A stretch of DNA of 64,000 nt from an uncultured delta proteobacterium (lineage in GTDB: Bacteria; Desulfobacterota; Desulfobulbia; Desulfobulbales; Desulfocapsaceae): assembly GCA_963745265.1 (NCBI GenBank), contig CAVUXQ010000034.1, positions 41,560 to 105,559 of the forward strand. Reading direction: 5' to 3'. Positions 51,747 through 60,881 of this stretch are shown here, piece after piece. Both the position numbers and the translations under genes were made by a program. Under the pieces are notes generated by a model. It was not told the origin of the DNA, made no database searches, and saw only the letters and a program-made list of their open reading frames with translations. Each line of letters opens with the position of its first letter. The stretch's first letter is position 1.

Positions 51747-52193
51747 TCAGACCGTCGCCTCTTCGGGTAGAACCCACTCGCTGTCTATGGCGACCTCCAT
51801 GGCGCGCACCGGGCAAATAGGCACGCAGAGGTTGCAGCCGGTACATTTTTCCGCATCGAAAACCACCGTCATTTCCGGTCGATGAATATGCAGTGCTCCG
51901 ACCGGACAGACCCCTGTACAGGCTCCGCACTGAAAGCACCGTTCGTCGTCTCTGCGGATGCGGGAAGCCAGCCTTTCAGTCTGCACGCCCAGCCCTTTGA
52001 GGTATTCAAGGCCCGCCTCCACCTGGGTGCGCGTGCCCCCCTTGAGCTCAAGGATCATCACCCCTTCGCGCTGCAGCAGGATATCCGCCTTGAGGATGTT
52101 GAATTCGATATCGTACTCTTTGACCAGCTGATAAATAAATGGCCGGTCGCTCGTGTCTTTGGGAAAACGTAAAATGTAAATCTGGGTGTACAC
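51747..52193 (-). CDS. NIL-domain protein fused to a 2x[4Fe-4S] ferredoxin
   Basis: The N-terminus IYILRFPKDTSDRPFIYQLVKEYDIEFNILKADILLQREGVMILEL is NIL-like. CFQCGACTGVCP and CTGCNLCVPICP are cluster motifs. Confidence 0.75.
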   Translation of the reverse strand: MYTQIYILRFPKDTSDRPFIYQLVKEYDIEFNILKADILLQREGVMILELKGGTRTQVEAGLEYLKGLGVQTERLASRIRRDDERCFQCGACTGVCPVGALHIHRPEMTVVFDAEKCTGCNLCVPICPVRAMEVAIDSEWVLPEEATV

Positions 52194-52421
52194 GCGCTGT
52201 TCCTCTCTGGTGATCAGTGATATCGCATTGGAGCAATGACAACACTACCGACATAAGCCAGCGCCCTCTCTATGAGGCGGCACGACAAGCGGCTTTCGGT
52301 AGTACCTCTTGAGGTAAATACTCCGATCCGTCGCTTGTTGCAAGATGGAGTTCGCAAGAAACGATGGAAGCTCCCCGCCTGCAGCCAAACGAGATCGAGA
52401 ATTCTCGATTCCGCGCTGCGA

Positions 52422-52997
52422 TCACTCTCCTGCCAGAAAATGATCGATGCGGGTAGTCAGATCTGATAAAGAAGCATCGGTGTCGAGAACGAGCAACTGG
52501 TCCTCCGTCAATTCAAGCGGCTGCTCGAAACTGTCCTTTTGATGGAGGTAAATCTCCCAGCGACCATCGGAAACAGCCCCCGGGCTGGCCTCCCGCTCGG
52601 CCAACCGTCGACGAGTTACCTCCGCCGAACAGCGGCAGAGCACGAATACGAGCCGGCATTCTCCAGCCAACTCCTCCTGCGCCCTCCGTCGCTGCTGCCG
52701 GTCCTGATACGAACCGTCGAGCACCACGCAGTCCGCCTGCTGGTTCTGGAAAGCGCTTTTTGTTCGCTGCAGCATGGTGGCATAGGTCCGCCGGGTGAGT
52801 TCTGCTGAATAGATTCCCTCTCCAACGGGTTGGGGGCAGCGCTGGGTGGGATCGAGACCCGCCAGCTGTTTGCGCACCACATCGGTATTGTAGTAGCGGC
52901 AGCCACGGCCTTTCGCCCAGGCCTGCGCCAGAAAGCTCTTTCCGGAAGCCGTGCAACCGAAAAACACGATCACTAACCGGGCTTTCTCTTGCATCAT
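52422..52997 (-). CDS. P-loop kinase (AAA_33/zeta-toxin-like ATP-binding protein)
   Basis: Walker A FFGCTASGKSFLA, 191 aa. It overlaps the upstream APH-like gene by 4 nt. Confidence 0.7.
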   Translation of the reverse strand: MMQEKARLVIVFFGCTASGKSFLAQAWAKGRGCRYYNTDVVRKQLAGLDPTQRCPQPVGEGIYSAELTRRTYATMLQRTKSAFQNQQADCVVLDGSYQDRQQRRRAQEELAGECRLVFVLCRCSAEVTRRRLAEREASPGAVSDGRWEIYLHQKDSFEQPLELTEDQLLVLDTDASLSDLTTRIDHFLAGE

Positions 52998-54052
52998 CTC
53001 CTCGCAGTCGCCTTGTTCTGATGTACATTTGCATGCCTGGGATGCGTGTAGCTCTCAGCCAGCAAAAAGTAGTGGCGGGCGTTCTCTCGTGAGCGCCGCG
53101 CGGTTTCGCCGTCCACGCCGGAATCCTCCGCAGTCAACAGGCAGATCTTTCCCCGCACATATGCGCGATAGCACTTATAAAAATCGAGGACCTCACTCAA
53201 CTCGTCGTCACCGGAAGCCGCAACAAAACAATCGACAAAGAAATCGCTCAAATCGAAGAGGTTATGGAAATCCAGATCCATAGCGAGAAAACTCACGTCG
53301 GCTGCGATATCGGTACATCGCAAACTCTCGCTGAACTCGATACAATCGAAAATAAGGACGCGATCGGACAGACAGATATTACCCGAATGCAGATCGCCGT
53401 GACATTCCCGTACCCACCCCTTCTCCACCCTGCGCTCAAAGAGTGACTTCCGCCCCAGTACCGACGCCGCGTAGGTTTTGATTCGCAGGAATTGTGGTTC
53501 AGAAAGCGATTCTGTCCCAACAAATCGCTCGGTCTGGTTGAAGTTGGCGCAAACCGTCTGCCTGATCGCCTCGATCCCGCCATGTTTTACAATCCGCTCT
53601 CCGTGCGCCGCATGCCGGTAGAACGGCACCAGAGTATCGACAATGGCGCCAAGGTGCGCTTGGCTCAACTCCCCTCTTTGAATCACCCGCTCCATCATCC
53701 GCTCCTCGGGCATCCGCGCCATTTTCACACCGTATTCCACTACTTCACCGGAACCACCCAGCAGGCTGAAACCTTCGACAGTTGTTCTCAGCTGGACCGT
53801 ATCGAGGTAGATCTCTGGACAGAGCCTGCGATTGAGCCGCAGCTCCTCCTCACAATAGAATTTGCGCTTTGGAAGGGTCGAGAAATCGAGAAAACCGAAG
53901 TCGACCGGCTTTTTCCACTTATAGACGAAATCGCCGGCGAGAATGATGAACGAAATATGGGTCTGCACCAACTGTACCCGATCCACCGGGTGCGGATAAC
54001 TGGTGGGCGAAAGCAGAAAGTGAACATACTCCGGCAGAGTTCGCTTCGACAT
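52994..54052 (-). CDS. aminoglycoside-phosphotransferase-like (APH/ePK-fold) kinase
   Basis: HGDLHSGNICL (catalytic loop) and IFDCIEF (DxD-like), 352 aa. This module is usually seen fused to the following P-loop domain. Confidence 0.7.
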   Translation of the reverse strand: MSKRTLPEYVHFLLSPTSYPHPVDRVQLVQTHISFIILAGDFVYKWKKPVDFGFLDFSTLPKRKFYCEEELRLNRRLCPEIYLDTVQLRTTVEGFSLLGGSGEVVEYGVKMARMPEERMMERVIQRGELSQAHLGAIVDTLVPFYRHAAHGERIVKHGGIEAIRQTVCANFNQTERFVGTESLSEPQFLRIKTYAASVLGRKSLFERRVEKGWVRECHGDLHSGNICLSDRVLIFDCIEFSESLRCTDIAADVSFLAMDLDFHNLFDLSDFFVDCFVAASGDDELSEVLDFYKCYRAYVRGKICLLTAEDSGVDGETARRSRENARHYFLLAESYTHPRHANVHQNKATARR

Positions 54053-54218
54053 CGACGAAGGTCTCCATGGTGAGCGCTTGGTAGTAGAGCGCCGCTGTCA
54101 TGCGCCCGATACCCCAATAGTATGTTGTGATTGCTCCTTCCATGGTATCAGAAGCAAAAGAGCCAGTAAACCGTCTCAACCGCTTTACCTTCTTGAGCGT
54201 TCGTGCTATTTTTCTTGC

Positions 54219-54367
54219 CTAGGAGCCTGTCGGATTATAGGCATTTTTGCTCAGATCGAGGCAAACTCGAAAAAATTACCGGAGGCATATACTGAATATT
54301 CCGAGGATAATTTTTTCGAGTTTAACGAAGATATGGGGAAAAAGGGCATAATCCGACAGGCTCCTAG
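54219..54367 (+). repeat. 149-bp MITE-like element, family 1, copy C (reference copy)
   Basis: Perfect 20-bp terminal inverted repeats ctaggagcctgtcggattat / ataatccgacaggctcctag and an internal perfect inverted repeat aaactcgaaaaaatta / taattttttcgagttt. Confidence 0.85.
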
Positions 54368-54431
54368 GGATCGTAGAGCCGAAAGTTGCCTCACACCCGC
54401 CACTCGTTTTTCCACTTTTTCGTAAAATTCC

Positions 54432-55187
54432 ATGGACAAATCGACCTTATTGCGCCTGCTCACCGAGCTGAGTGAAGGCAAATGCACGGTTTCGGATGCG
54501 GCTCAAAAGCTTGAGCATTTCCCCTCGGAGATCCTGGAGCATGCCCGAATCGACCACCATCGCATGCTCCGCACCGGAATACCGGAGGTAATTTACGGCG
54601 CGGCGAAGACCGCGGAGCAGATCATCACCATCGCACGTTCTCTGCTCGACCAACCGGTGCCGGTGCTGGCGACCCGGGTCTGCGCCGACAAAGCGGAACA
54701 GGTTATAGCGGCATTGCCGCAACTCACATATGCCCCCCTTGCCCGCATGCTCACCTTCCGAGCTGCGTCGATCGAATCTGGCAAACGCCGAGGTAAGGTC
54801 CTGGTGATCTGCGCCGGCACTTCCGATATCGGGGTGGCTGAAGAAGCGGCCTTGACAGCGGAATGTTTCGGCAATCCGGTGTGTCGTCTCTATGATGCCG
54901 GAGTGGCGGGTTTACACCGATTGCTCAGTCAACAGCAACTCCTGAACGAAGCCGCAGTGCTTATCGTCGTGGCCGGCATGGAAGGCGCCTTGCCCAGCGT
55001 GGTCGCCGGGCTGGTCGCCTCTCCGGTCGTCGCAGTTCCTACATCCATTGGTTACGGCGCCAGCTTTGGAGGCATCGCCGCCCTGCTCGGCATGCTCAAC
55101 AGCTGCGCCCCGGGAGTGGGGGTGGTCAACATCGATAACGGATTTGGCGCCGCCTGCCTGGCCGACGCCATAAACCGAGAGCAATAA
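54432..55187 (+). CDS. larB: nickel-pincer cofactor biosynthesis protein LarB (PurE-like)
   Basis: ARIDHHRMLRTGIPEVIYGAAKT...VLVICAGTSDIGVAEEA...VVAGMEGALPSVVAGL...VAVPTSIGYGA. Confidence 0.85.
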   Translation: MDKSTLLRLLTELSEGKCTVSDAAQKLEHFPSEILEHARIDHHRMLRTGIPEVIYGAAKTAEQIITIARSLLDQPVPVLATRVCADKAEQVIAALPQLTYAPLARMLTFRAASIESGKRRGKVLVICAGTSDIGVAEEAALTAECFGNPVCRLYDAGVAGLHRLLSQQQLLNEAAVLIVVAGMEGALPSVVAGLVASPVVAVPTSIGYGASFGGIAALLGMLNSCAPGVGVVNIDNGFGAACLADAINREQ

Positions 55188-55446
55188 CCCGTGAGTCACG
55201 GGTCGGTCATCAGCACCGGGATCCAGAGAAAAAAGGCAGGTAAATTTTAGCGCATACCGGATTTATTCGCTTCTGGAGCTTGCAAGAATCAGTCATTCCG
55301 TTATAATCGCAAGGTTCGTTATCAGCGGAATCAATCCAGAGGCTCGGCCCCTGCATTTCTCCAACCGGCTGCGCGGCATGCCGCCCGGATTTCCCTGCCG
55401 TCGCAGAGAGAGACATATCCTTTTCACCACATCTTCAAGGCCTTCC

Positions 55447-58015
55447 ATGAATACTTCACTCAAGCTCAAACTGGGACTGCTCCTCTTTTTGGTTGTGATG
55501 TCCGTCGTGACAATCATGCCATCTTTTTATTCCGGCATGCCGCACTGGTGGAAAAAATATCTGGCACCAAGCGGTCTCCGGCTCGGCCTCGATCTGCAGG
55601 GCGGCATGCACCTGGTGCTCAAGGTCAATCTCCAAAAGGCTGAACAGAACACTCTGGCATTCGCGGCAAATGATCTCAAGGAAACCCTGGCGGAGAAATC
55701 CATCAGTGCCGTACGCACCCCCTCGGCCAACAAAGAGGAGGTCGTCTTCACCCTTCCCAACACCAACGCGCTTGATCAGGTCAAGAATGTACTTAGTTCC
55801 GACTTCCCCGATCTCGCCAGCAAAGTTGAAAATACTAAGGGCAGCTTTCCTCGTATTATTCTTACGCTGGCCAAGGAGAGGAAAGATTATATCAAGAACC
55901 ACGCTGTCGACCAGTCGCTGGAGATCATCCGGAATCGTATCGACCAATTCGGTGTGGCCGAGCCGGTCATCATCCGCCAGGGTACGGATGAGATCGTAGT
56001 CGAGCTGCCCGGCGTCAAAGATCCGAAACGGGCCATAAAACTCATTGGCGATACCGCTCAGCTGGAATTCAAGCTGGTCGCCGACGCACCCGATGTCAAT
56101 CTGCCGGCGCTTATCGCGCAGGCCGAACAGTCCAAGCAGTGGAATCCCAAGGAAAGCACCGCCAAGCTCAATCGCGCGCTGCAGAACACCCTTCCCGACA
56201 ATACCAGCATCTATTTCGAAACGGACAAAGATCCCAAGACCGGTCGCACCACCACCACGCCGCTTCTGCTGGAAAACAAAGTACTCATGACCGGCGAGAT
56301 GGTAAAAGACGCCAATGTGCGGATCGGCGGCACCTTTAACGAACCCTATGTCAGCCTCGATCTCACTAACCGCGGCGGCACGGTTTTCGCCAATATCACC
56401 TCAAAGAACGTGGGTAAGCGGCTGGCTATCGTTCTCGACGGCAAGGTCCGTTCCGCCCCAGTCATCACGGGAGCGCATTCTCGGCGGCCGAGCCCAGATT
56501 TCCGGCAATTTCAGCCATGCCGAAGCCGCCGACCTGGCTATCGTCCTGCGGGTGGGCGCTCTGCCGGCACCTGTCGACATCATTCAGAAGATGACGGTTG
56601 GCGCCAGCCTCGGGCAGGACTCCATCAACAAGGGACTGAGTTCGGGTGTTTTCGGGGCGATCATGGTGCTCTGCTTCATGTTTATTTATTACCGACTCTC
56701 CGGCACCATCGCCAATATCGCCATGGCGCTCAACATCCTCTTTTTGTTCGCCGGGTTGGCGGTTTTGAGCGCTACCCTGACACTACCAGGCATCGCAGGT
56801 ATCATCCTTTCCATAGGTATGGCGGTCGACGCCAATGTGCTGATATTCGAGCGTATGCGCGAAGAGTACGAAGTTGGGAAAACGGTTCGTTCCTGCATCG
56901 ATACCGGCTTCGGCAAGGCCTTCTGGAGTATCTTCGATTCCCAGGTGACCACCCTGATCACCGCCATTGCCCTGTTCATGTTCGGCACCGGCCCGATCAA
57001 GGGATTTGCCATCACGCTCTCGCTGGGCATCATTTTTAACCTCTATACCGCCCTCTCCGGTTCCCGGTTGATGTTCGACACAATCAATGCCAGCTCCCAT
57101 CCCATGAAGAAGCTGCGCTTTCTGCGTTTTACCAAGAAGCCGAACATCGATTACATGCGGTTGAAGAAATTCACCTTTACCGGCTCGGCTGTCATGCTGC
57201 TCATCGGCCTGTTCGCCATTATCCAGATCGGACGCGGCACCGCTAACCTCGGTGTGGACTTCGCAGGCGGCGTGCTACTCCAATACAAGGCCGACCAGTC
57301 GTTTACCATGAGTCAGGTACGCAAGGCCTTCAGCCACCATGATCTCAAAGACATCAACCTGCAGCAGGTCGAAAACGAGAATCGGTTAATCGTCAAGATC
57401 AAGAAATCCGAGAAAGTTGTTGGCAGCCTCAGCGATCAAATCACCCAAATTCTCACTACCGACCTCCCCGGAAAGCACTTTGCCCTGGAGAGTCAGTCGG
57501 AAATTGGCGCCTCGGTGAGCAGTGCCTTACGCGACAAGGCCGTTTTAGCCATTATCATCTCCATGGCCGGGGTCATTCTCTATCTGGCGGTGCGCTTCAA
57601 CTTCATCTTCGGCCTGGCGGCTGCGGCCGCGGTCTTCCACGATGTCATAGTGGTCCTCGGTCTCTGCTATCTCTTTCATATCGAGATCACCCTGCTGATT
57701 GTCACCGCTCTGCTCACCCTGGCCGGGTACTCGCTTAACGACACGGTCGTCATTTTCGATCGAATCAGGGAGAACATGCACAAGACGGAGAATAAATCCC
57801 TCGACTCGCTTATCAATCTCAGTGTCAACCAGGTGCTGAGCCGAACGATCATCACCGCGCTCACCGTTGTTCTGGTACTCCTCGCCCTCTTTTTGATGGG
57901 TGGTACGGTTATCCATGGTTTCTCCTTTGCGCTGCTCACTGGAACCATTGTTGGCACCTACTCGTCTATTTTCATTGCCAGTCCGCTGCTCACCCTGCGC
58001 AAACAGTCTCTATGA
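55447..58015 (+). pseudogene. secDF: fused protein-export membrane protein SecDF, one frameshift near 56462-56475
   Basis: ORF 55378..57039 gives the SecD N-terminus (MNTSLKLKLGLLLFLVVMSV...LGLDLQGGMHLVL...) up to [20 protein letters not shown] 56315..58015 continues [16 protein letters not shown]... through the SecD TM bundle and, with no stop, into SecF ([12 protein letters not shown]...[12 protein letters not shown]). Confidence 0.9.
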
Positions 58016-58761
58016 AAAAAACCATGAGCACCATGAAACAGCCCATGTTGCCGGAAACGGTCGTCCGGCTAGCGCCGGACGAACCGTTTCGTTTTTCCTG
58101 CCACCCAGGTGTCGCGTGCTTTACCGAGTGCTGTCGGATGCTCGAATTGCCGCTCTCCCCGTACGACGTGTTGCGGCTGCGACGGGGAACGGGGCTTACC
58201 TCGTCGCAACTCCATGAGAGATATATTATCGAGGAGTACGAAGAGGGCGATCTCTTCCCGAGATACTATCTGACCATGATCGATGACGGCAGAGCTAGTT
58301 GCGCCTTTATCGGTAAAAACGGCTGCCAGGTCTATGACCATCGCCCCGGTGCCTGCAGGGCCTATCCACTTGGCCGGGCTGCGGCCTCGGACCTGCTGGG
58401 AAGGATCAGGGAACATTTCGTGCTGGTGAGGGAGGAACACTGCCGTGGGTTTGCCGAATCACCTGAGCAGGACGCTGCTACCTACATGAAGGAACAGGGG
58501 CTGGTAGAGTATAACACCTTCAACGATGCCCTGGCGACCCTGCTTCACCACCCCTCCATTGGCCAGGGACGATTCACTCCTACTCATGAGCAGCGGCGCC
58601 TCTTTACGCTCGTGCTCTATGATATCGACCTGTTCCGGGCGCAACTCGAGCACGGCGCTCTTGACATCCCGGGGTGTGCGGCAAATATATATTCAGACGA
58701 CGAGAAGCTGCTGCTCTTTGGAATTGACTGGCTAAAGAGGACATTTTTCCACGGCGGCTGA
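58012..58761 (+). CDS. YkgJ/UPF0153-type cysteine-cluster protein
   Basis: [13 protein letters not shown]-terminal cluster and [16 protein letters not shown]. The ATGA start overlaps the secDF stop. Confidence 0.55.
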   Translation: MKKTMSTMKQPMLPETVVRLAPDEPFRFSCHPGVACFTECCRMLELPLSPYDVLRLRRGTGLTSSQLHERYIIEEYEEGDLFPRYYLTMIDDGRASCAFIGKNGCQVYDHRPGACRAYPLGRAAASDLLGRIREHFVLVREEHCRGFAESPEQDAATYMKEQGLVEYNTFNDALATLLHHPSIGQGRFTPTHEQRRLFTLVLYDIDLFRAQLEHGALDIPGCAANIYSDDEKLLLFGIDWLKRTFFHGG

Positions 58762-58786
58762 GTAGCGCTGTCAGGTATCCACTATT

Positions 58787-59410
58787 ATGCTCAAGACTGT
58801 AATTTTCGACTGCGACGGCGTGATGTTCGACTCCCGCAACGCCAATCGGCAATACTACAACTTTCTCCTCACCAGTTTCGGCTATCCGGTGATGAACGAA
58901 GAGGAACTCGACTACGTGCATATGCACAATGTCCACGAGTCGGTTCTCCATATCTTCAGAAAGCACCCCGAACAGGATATCGAAGCGGTACACGAATTGC
59001 GAAAAAAGCAAAGCTACCTGCCTTTTCTGCACTATATGGAGATGGAACCCGATCTGCTTCCCTTTCTCGAAATCGCTCGACAGCGCTACAACCTGGCCAT
59101 TGCCACCAACCGTACCGATACCATGGGGCCGCTGCTTCGGGAGTTTCGTCTCGAGCGTTTCTTTGCCAAGGTGATGACCGCCGCTAATTCAAAGCACCCG
59201 AAACCGGCGCCGGACCCTCTGCTGGAAATCGTCAGCCATTTTTCCTGCAGTGTGGACGAAGCGATCTATATTGGTGACTCACCGGTGGATCAGCAAACCG
59301 CCTCCGGGTGCGGCATGCGACTCATCGCCTTTAAAAACCAAGGGCTCGAAGCGGATTTTCATGTGAACAGCTTTACGGAAATACTCAGCCTGCCACCCTT
59401 CACTTTTTAG
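58787..59410 (+). CDS. HAD-superfamily hydrolase (phosphoglycolate phosphatase-like)
   Basis: VIFDCDGVMFDS (motif I), ATNR (motif II) and YIGDSPVDQQ (motif IV). Confidence 0.8.
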   Translation: MLKTVIFDCDGVMFDSRNANRQYYNFLLTSFGYPVMNEEELDYVHMHNVHESVLHIFRKHPEQDIEAVHELRKKQSYLPFLHYMEMEPDLLPFLEIARQRYNLAIATNRTDTMGPLLREFRLERFFAKVMTAANSKHPKPAPDPLLEIVSHFSCSVDEAIYIGDSPVDQQTASGCGMRLIAFKNQGLEADFHVNSFTEILSLPPFTF

Positions 59411-59443
59411 GTGTTGGCCCTAAAATTTCTCGGCGCATCCCTT

Positions 59444-60616
59444 CTATACCGAACCCGATTCGTCCACTCGTTTCACGCCTTCCATCAGAAGCGCCATAAA
59501 ATCGCCTATCTCCGCCGCTTTCATCTCCTGCGGCGACAGCCCGGTGGTAAAACGGTACAGTCCGTGTTTTTCGGCAAGCATGGCGAAGATGGCAGCTTCG
59601 TTTTGCCTCGACCCATACTGGGCATTGATAATACACCCTTCGCGAAAAGAAACCCTGGCTTCGCCATGGGAGAGCTGCATTTTCAAGACACCCGTTTTCT
59701 GGTGCATGTGGAAGACCTGAAACAGCTCCGCCGGCACCACCTGATCAAGCCTGCCGCTCATGCACGAATCAAAATCCCGGGCTCTGGCAATATTGATCTG
59801 CTGCAACCGCTCGGCCAGCAGCTTGGCCATGAATAACTGTACCGAAGTGGCGCTGTCGACCAGTTGACCGAAGTCCTCCGAATTTATCGCCAGCACCAGA
59901 GAATCCTTTCTGGCCCGGACCGTTGCCACAGCGTCCCCGATACCGAGATAGCTCATTTCTCCAAATATTTCCCCCGCCCCCAGGGTGGCGATCATCTGAT
60001 CGCTTATTTCGATCACAAACTCTCCTTCCATGATCAGGTAGAGATTTGGATTCGGTTCCCCCTGCCGCACGACCACGGAGCCGGAGCTTACCGACAGTTC
60101 TTCGAAATTTTGCAGAATTTCCGCTATTCGCTGACTTGGCAGAGCCCGCAGAAATGCACAGTCCATGACCCGACCATGGATCTCCTGCATCGCGGCCTGC
60201 ATCCGGGCTGCCACCTTTTCGGAATCTTCTCCCGGCTTTGCGGCCTCTTCGGAAATCTGCCGGAATTTAATTAGGCCGGTGCACCCGCTGCAGCCAAACA
60301 GTTGATTCGGAACCTTTTCCCCCTCTTTGCTCCGTTGTTTGAGCATAACAAAGAGCAGTTGGGTCATATCCCGTACGAGAATGAGACAGACTTCCTTGCC
60401 CTCAGGACAACTGAACGTTTTCTCCGTCAGCGTCATCTGGTCGCCCTTGGCATAGAGCGGGCAGTTTATCTCCTCGGCGATCTCGAAAAGAGCCTTGAAA
60501 GTTTTCATAGCAATCAACAGCAGTTCATCCGTGAAAGGTAAGGATTCTTCTCGCCCTCGCCAAAGGGCGGCTACGTTGTAACACAATACGGAGCGTTCCC
60601 TGCACTCCGGCGGCAC
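59444..60616 (-). CDS. cyclic-nucleotide-binding domain protein with C-terminal DUF4388 (PATAN-like) domain
   Basis: cNMP-binding block FLRALPSQRIAEILQNFEELSVSSGSVVVRQGEPNPNLYLIMEGEF...GEIFGEMSYLG. The C-terminal PAELFQVFHMHQKTGVLKMQLSHGEARVSFREGCIINAQYG is typical of DUF4388. The start is uncertain (GTG 60616 or ATG 60508). Confidence 0.6.
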   Translation of the reverse strand: MPPECRERSVLCYNVAALWRGREESLPFTDELLLIAMKTFKALFEIAEEINCPLYAKGDQMTLTEKTFSCPEGKEVCLILVRDMTQLLFVMLKQRSKEGEKVPNQLFGCSGCTGLIKFRQISEEAAKPGEDSEKVAARMQAAMQEIHGRVMDCAFLRALPSQRIAEILQNFEELSVSSGSVVVRQGEPNPNLYLIMEGEFVIEISDQMIATLGAGEIFGEMSYLGIGDAVATVRARKDSLVLAINSEDFGQLVDSATSVQLFMAKLLAERLQQINIARARDFDSCMSGRLDQVVPAELFQVFHMHQKTGVLKMQLSHGEARVSFREGCIINAQYGSRQNEAAIFAMLAEKHGLYRFTTGLSPQEMKAAEIGDFMALLMEGVKRVDESGSV

Positions 60617-60881
60617 GCTCTGAGAAATTTAGGGTGCCGGCGAACGTTTACCCCAATACCCCATATCGGTCAAATAAAAGAATAAGCATCAGTCCACCGG
60701 CGATGAACCTGAGGAACTGGAGTCCCAGCACCATTATCTGCGAACGGGCAAACAACCATACTCCATAGTATACTTATCATAAAGCAAGATTGCCGGCATA
60801 CAGTTTTGTCTTGGAGTCCACATTGGAAATTGCTATATTGGTTTTGGTTTCCACTCTTGCAATCTGGCTCCTTATGAGATT

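Noticed and set aside
54078-54487. ORFs 54078..54425(+), 54251..54487(-), 51414..51728(+), 27674..27916(+) and 27796..28011(-), which all encode a recurring peptide ...IEANSKKLPEAYTEYSEDNFFEFNEDMGKKGIIRQAP
   Set aside because: The shared peptide is just the translation of the 149-bp repeat. It appears on both strands, has no start or SD of its own, and runs into unrelated flanking sequence in each copy.
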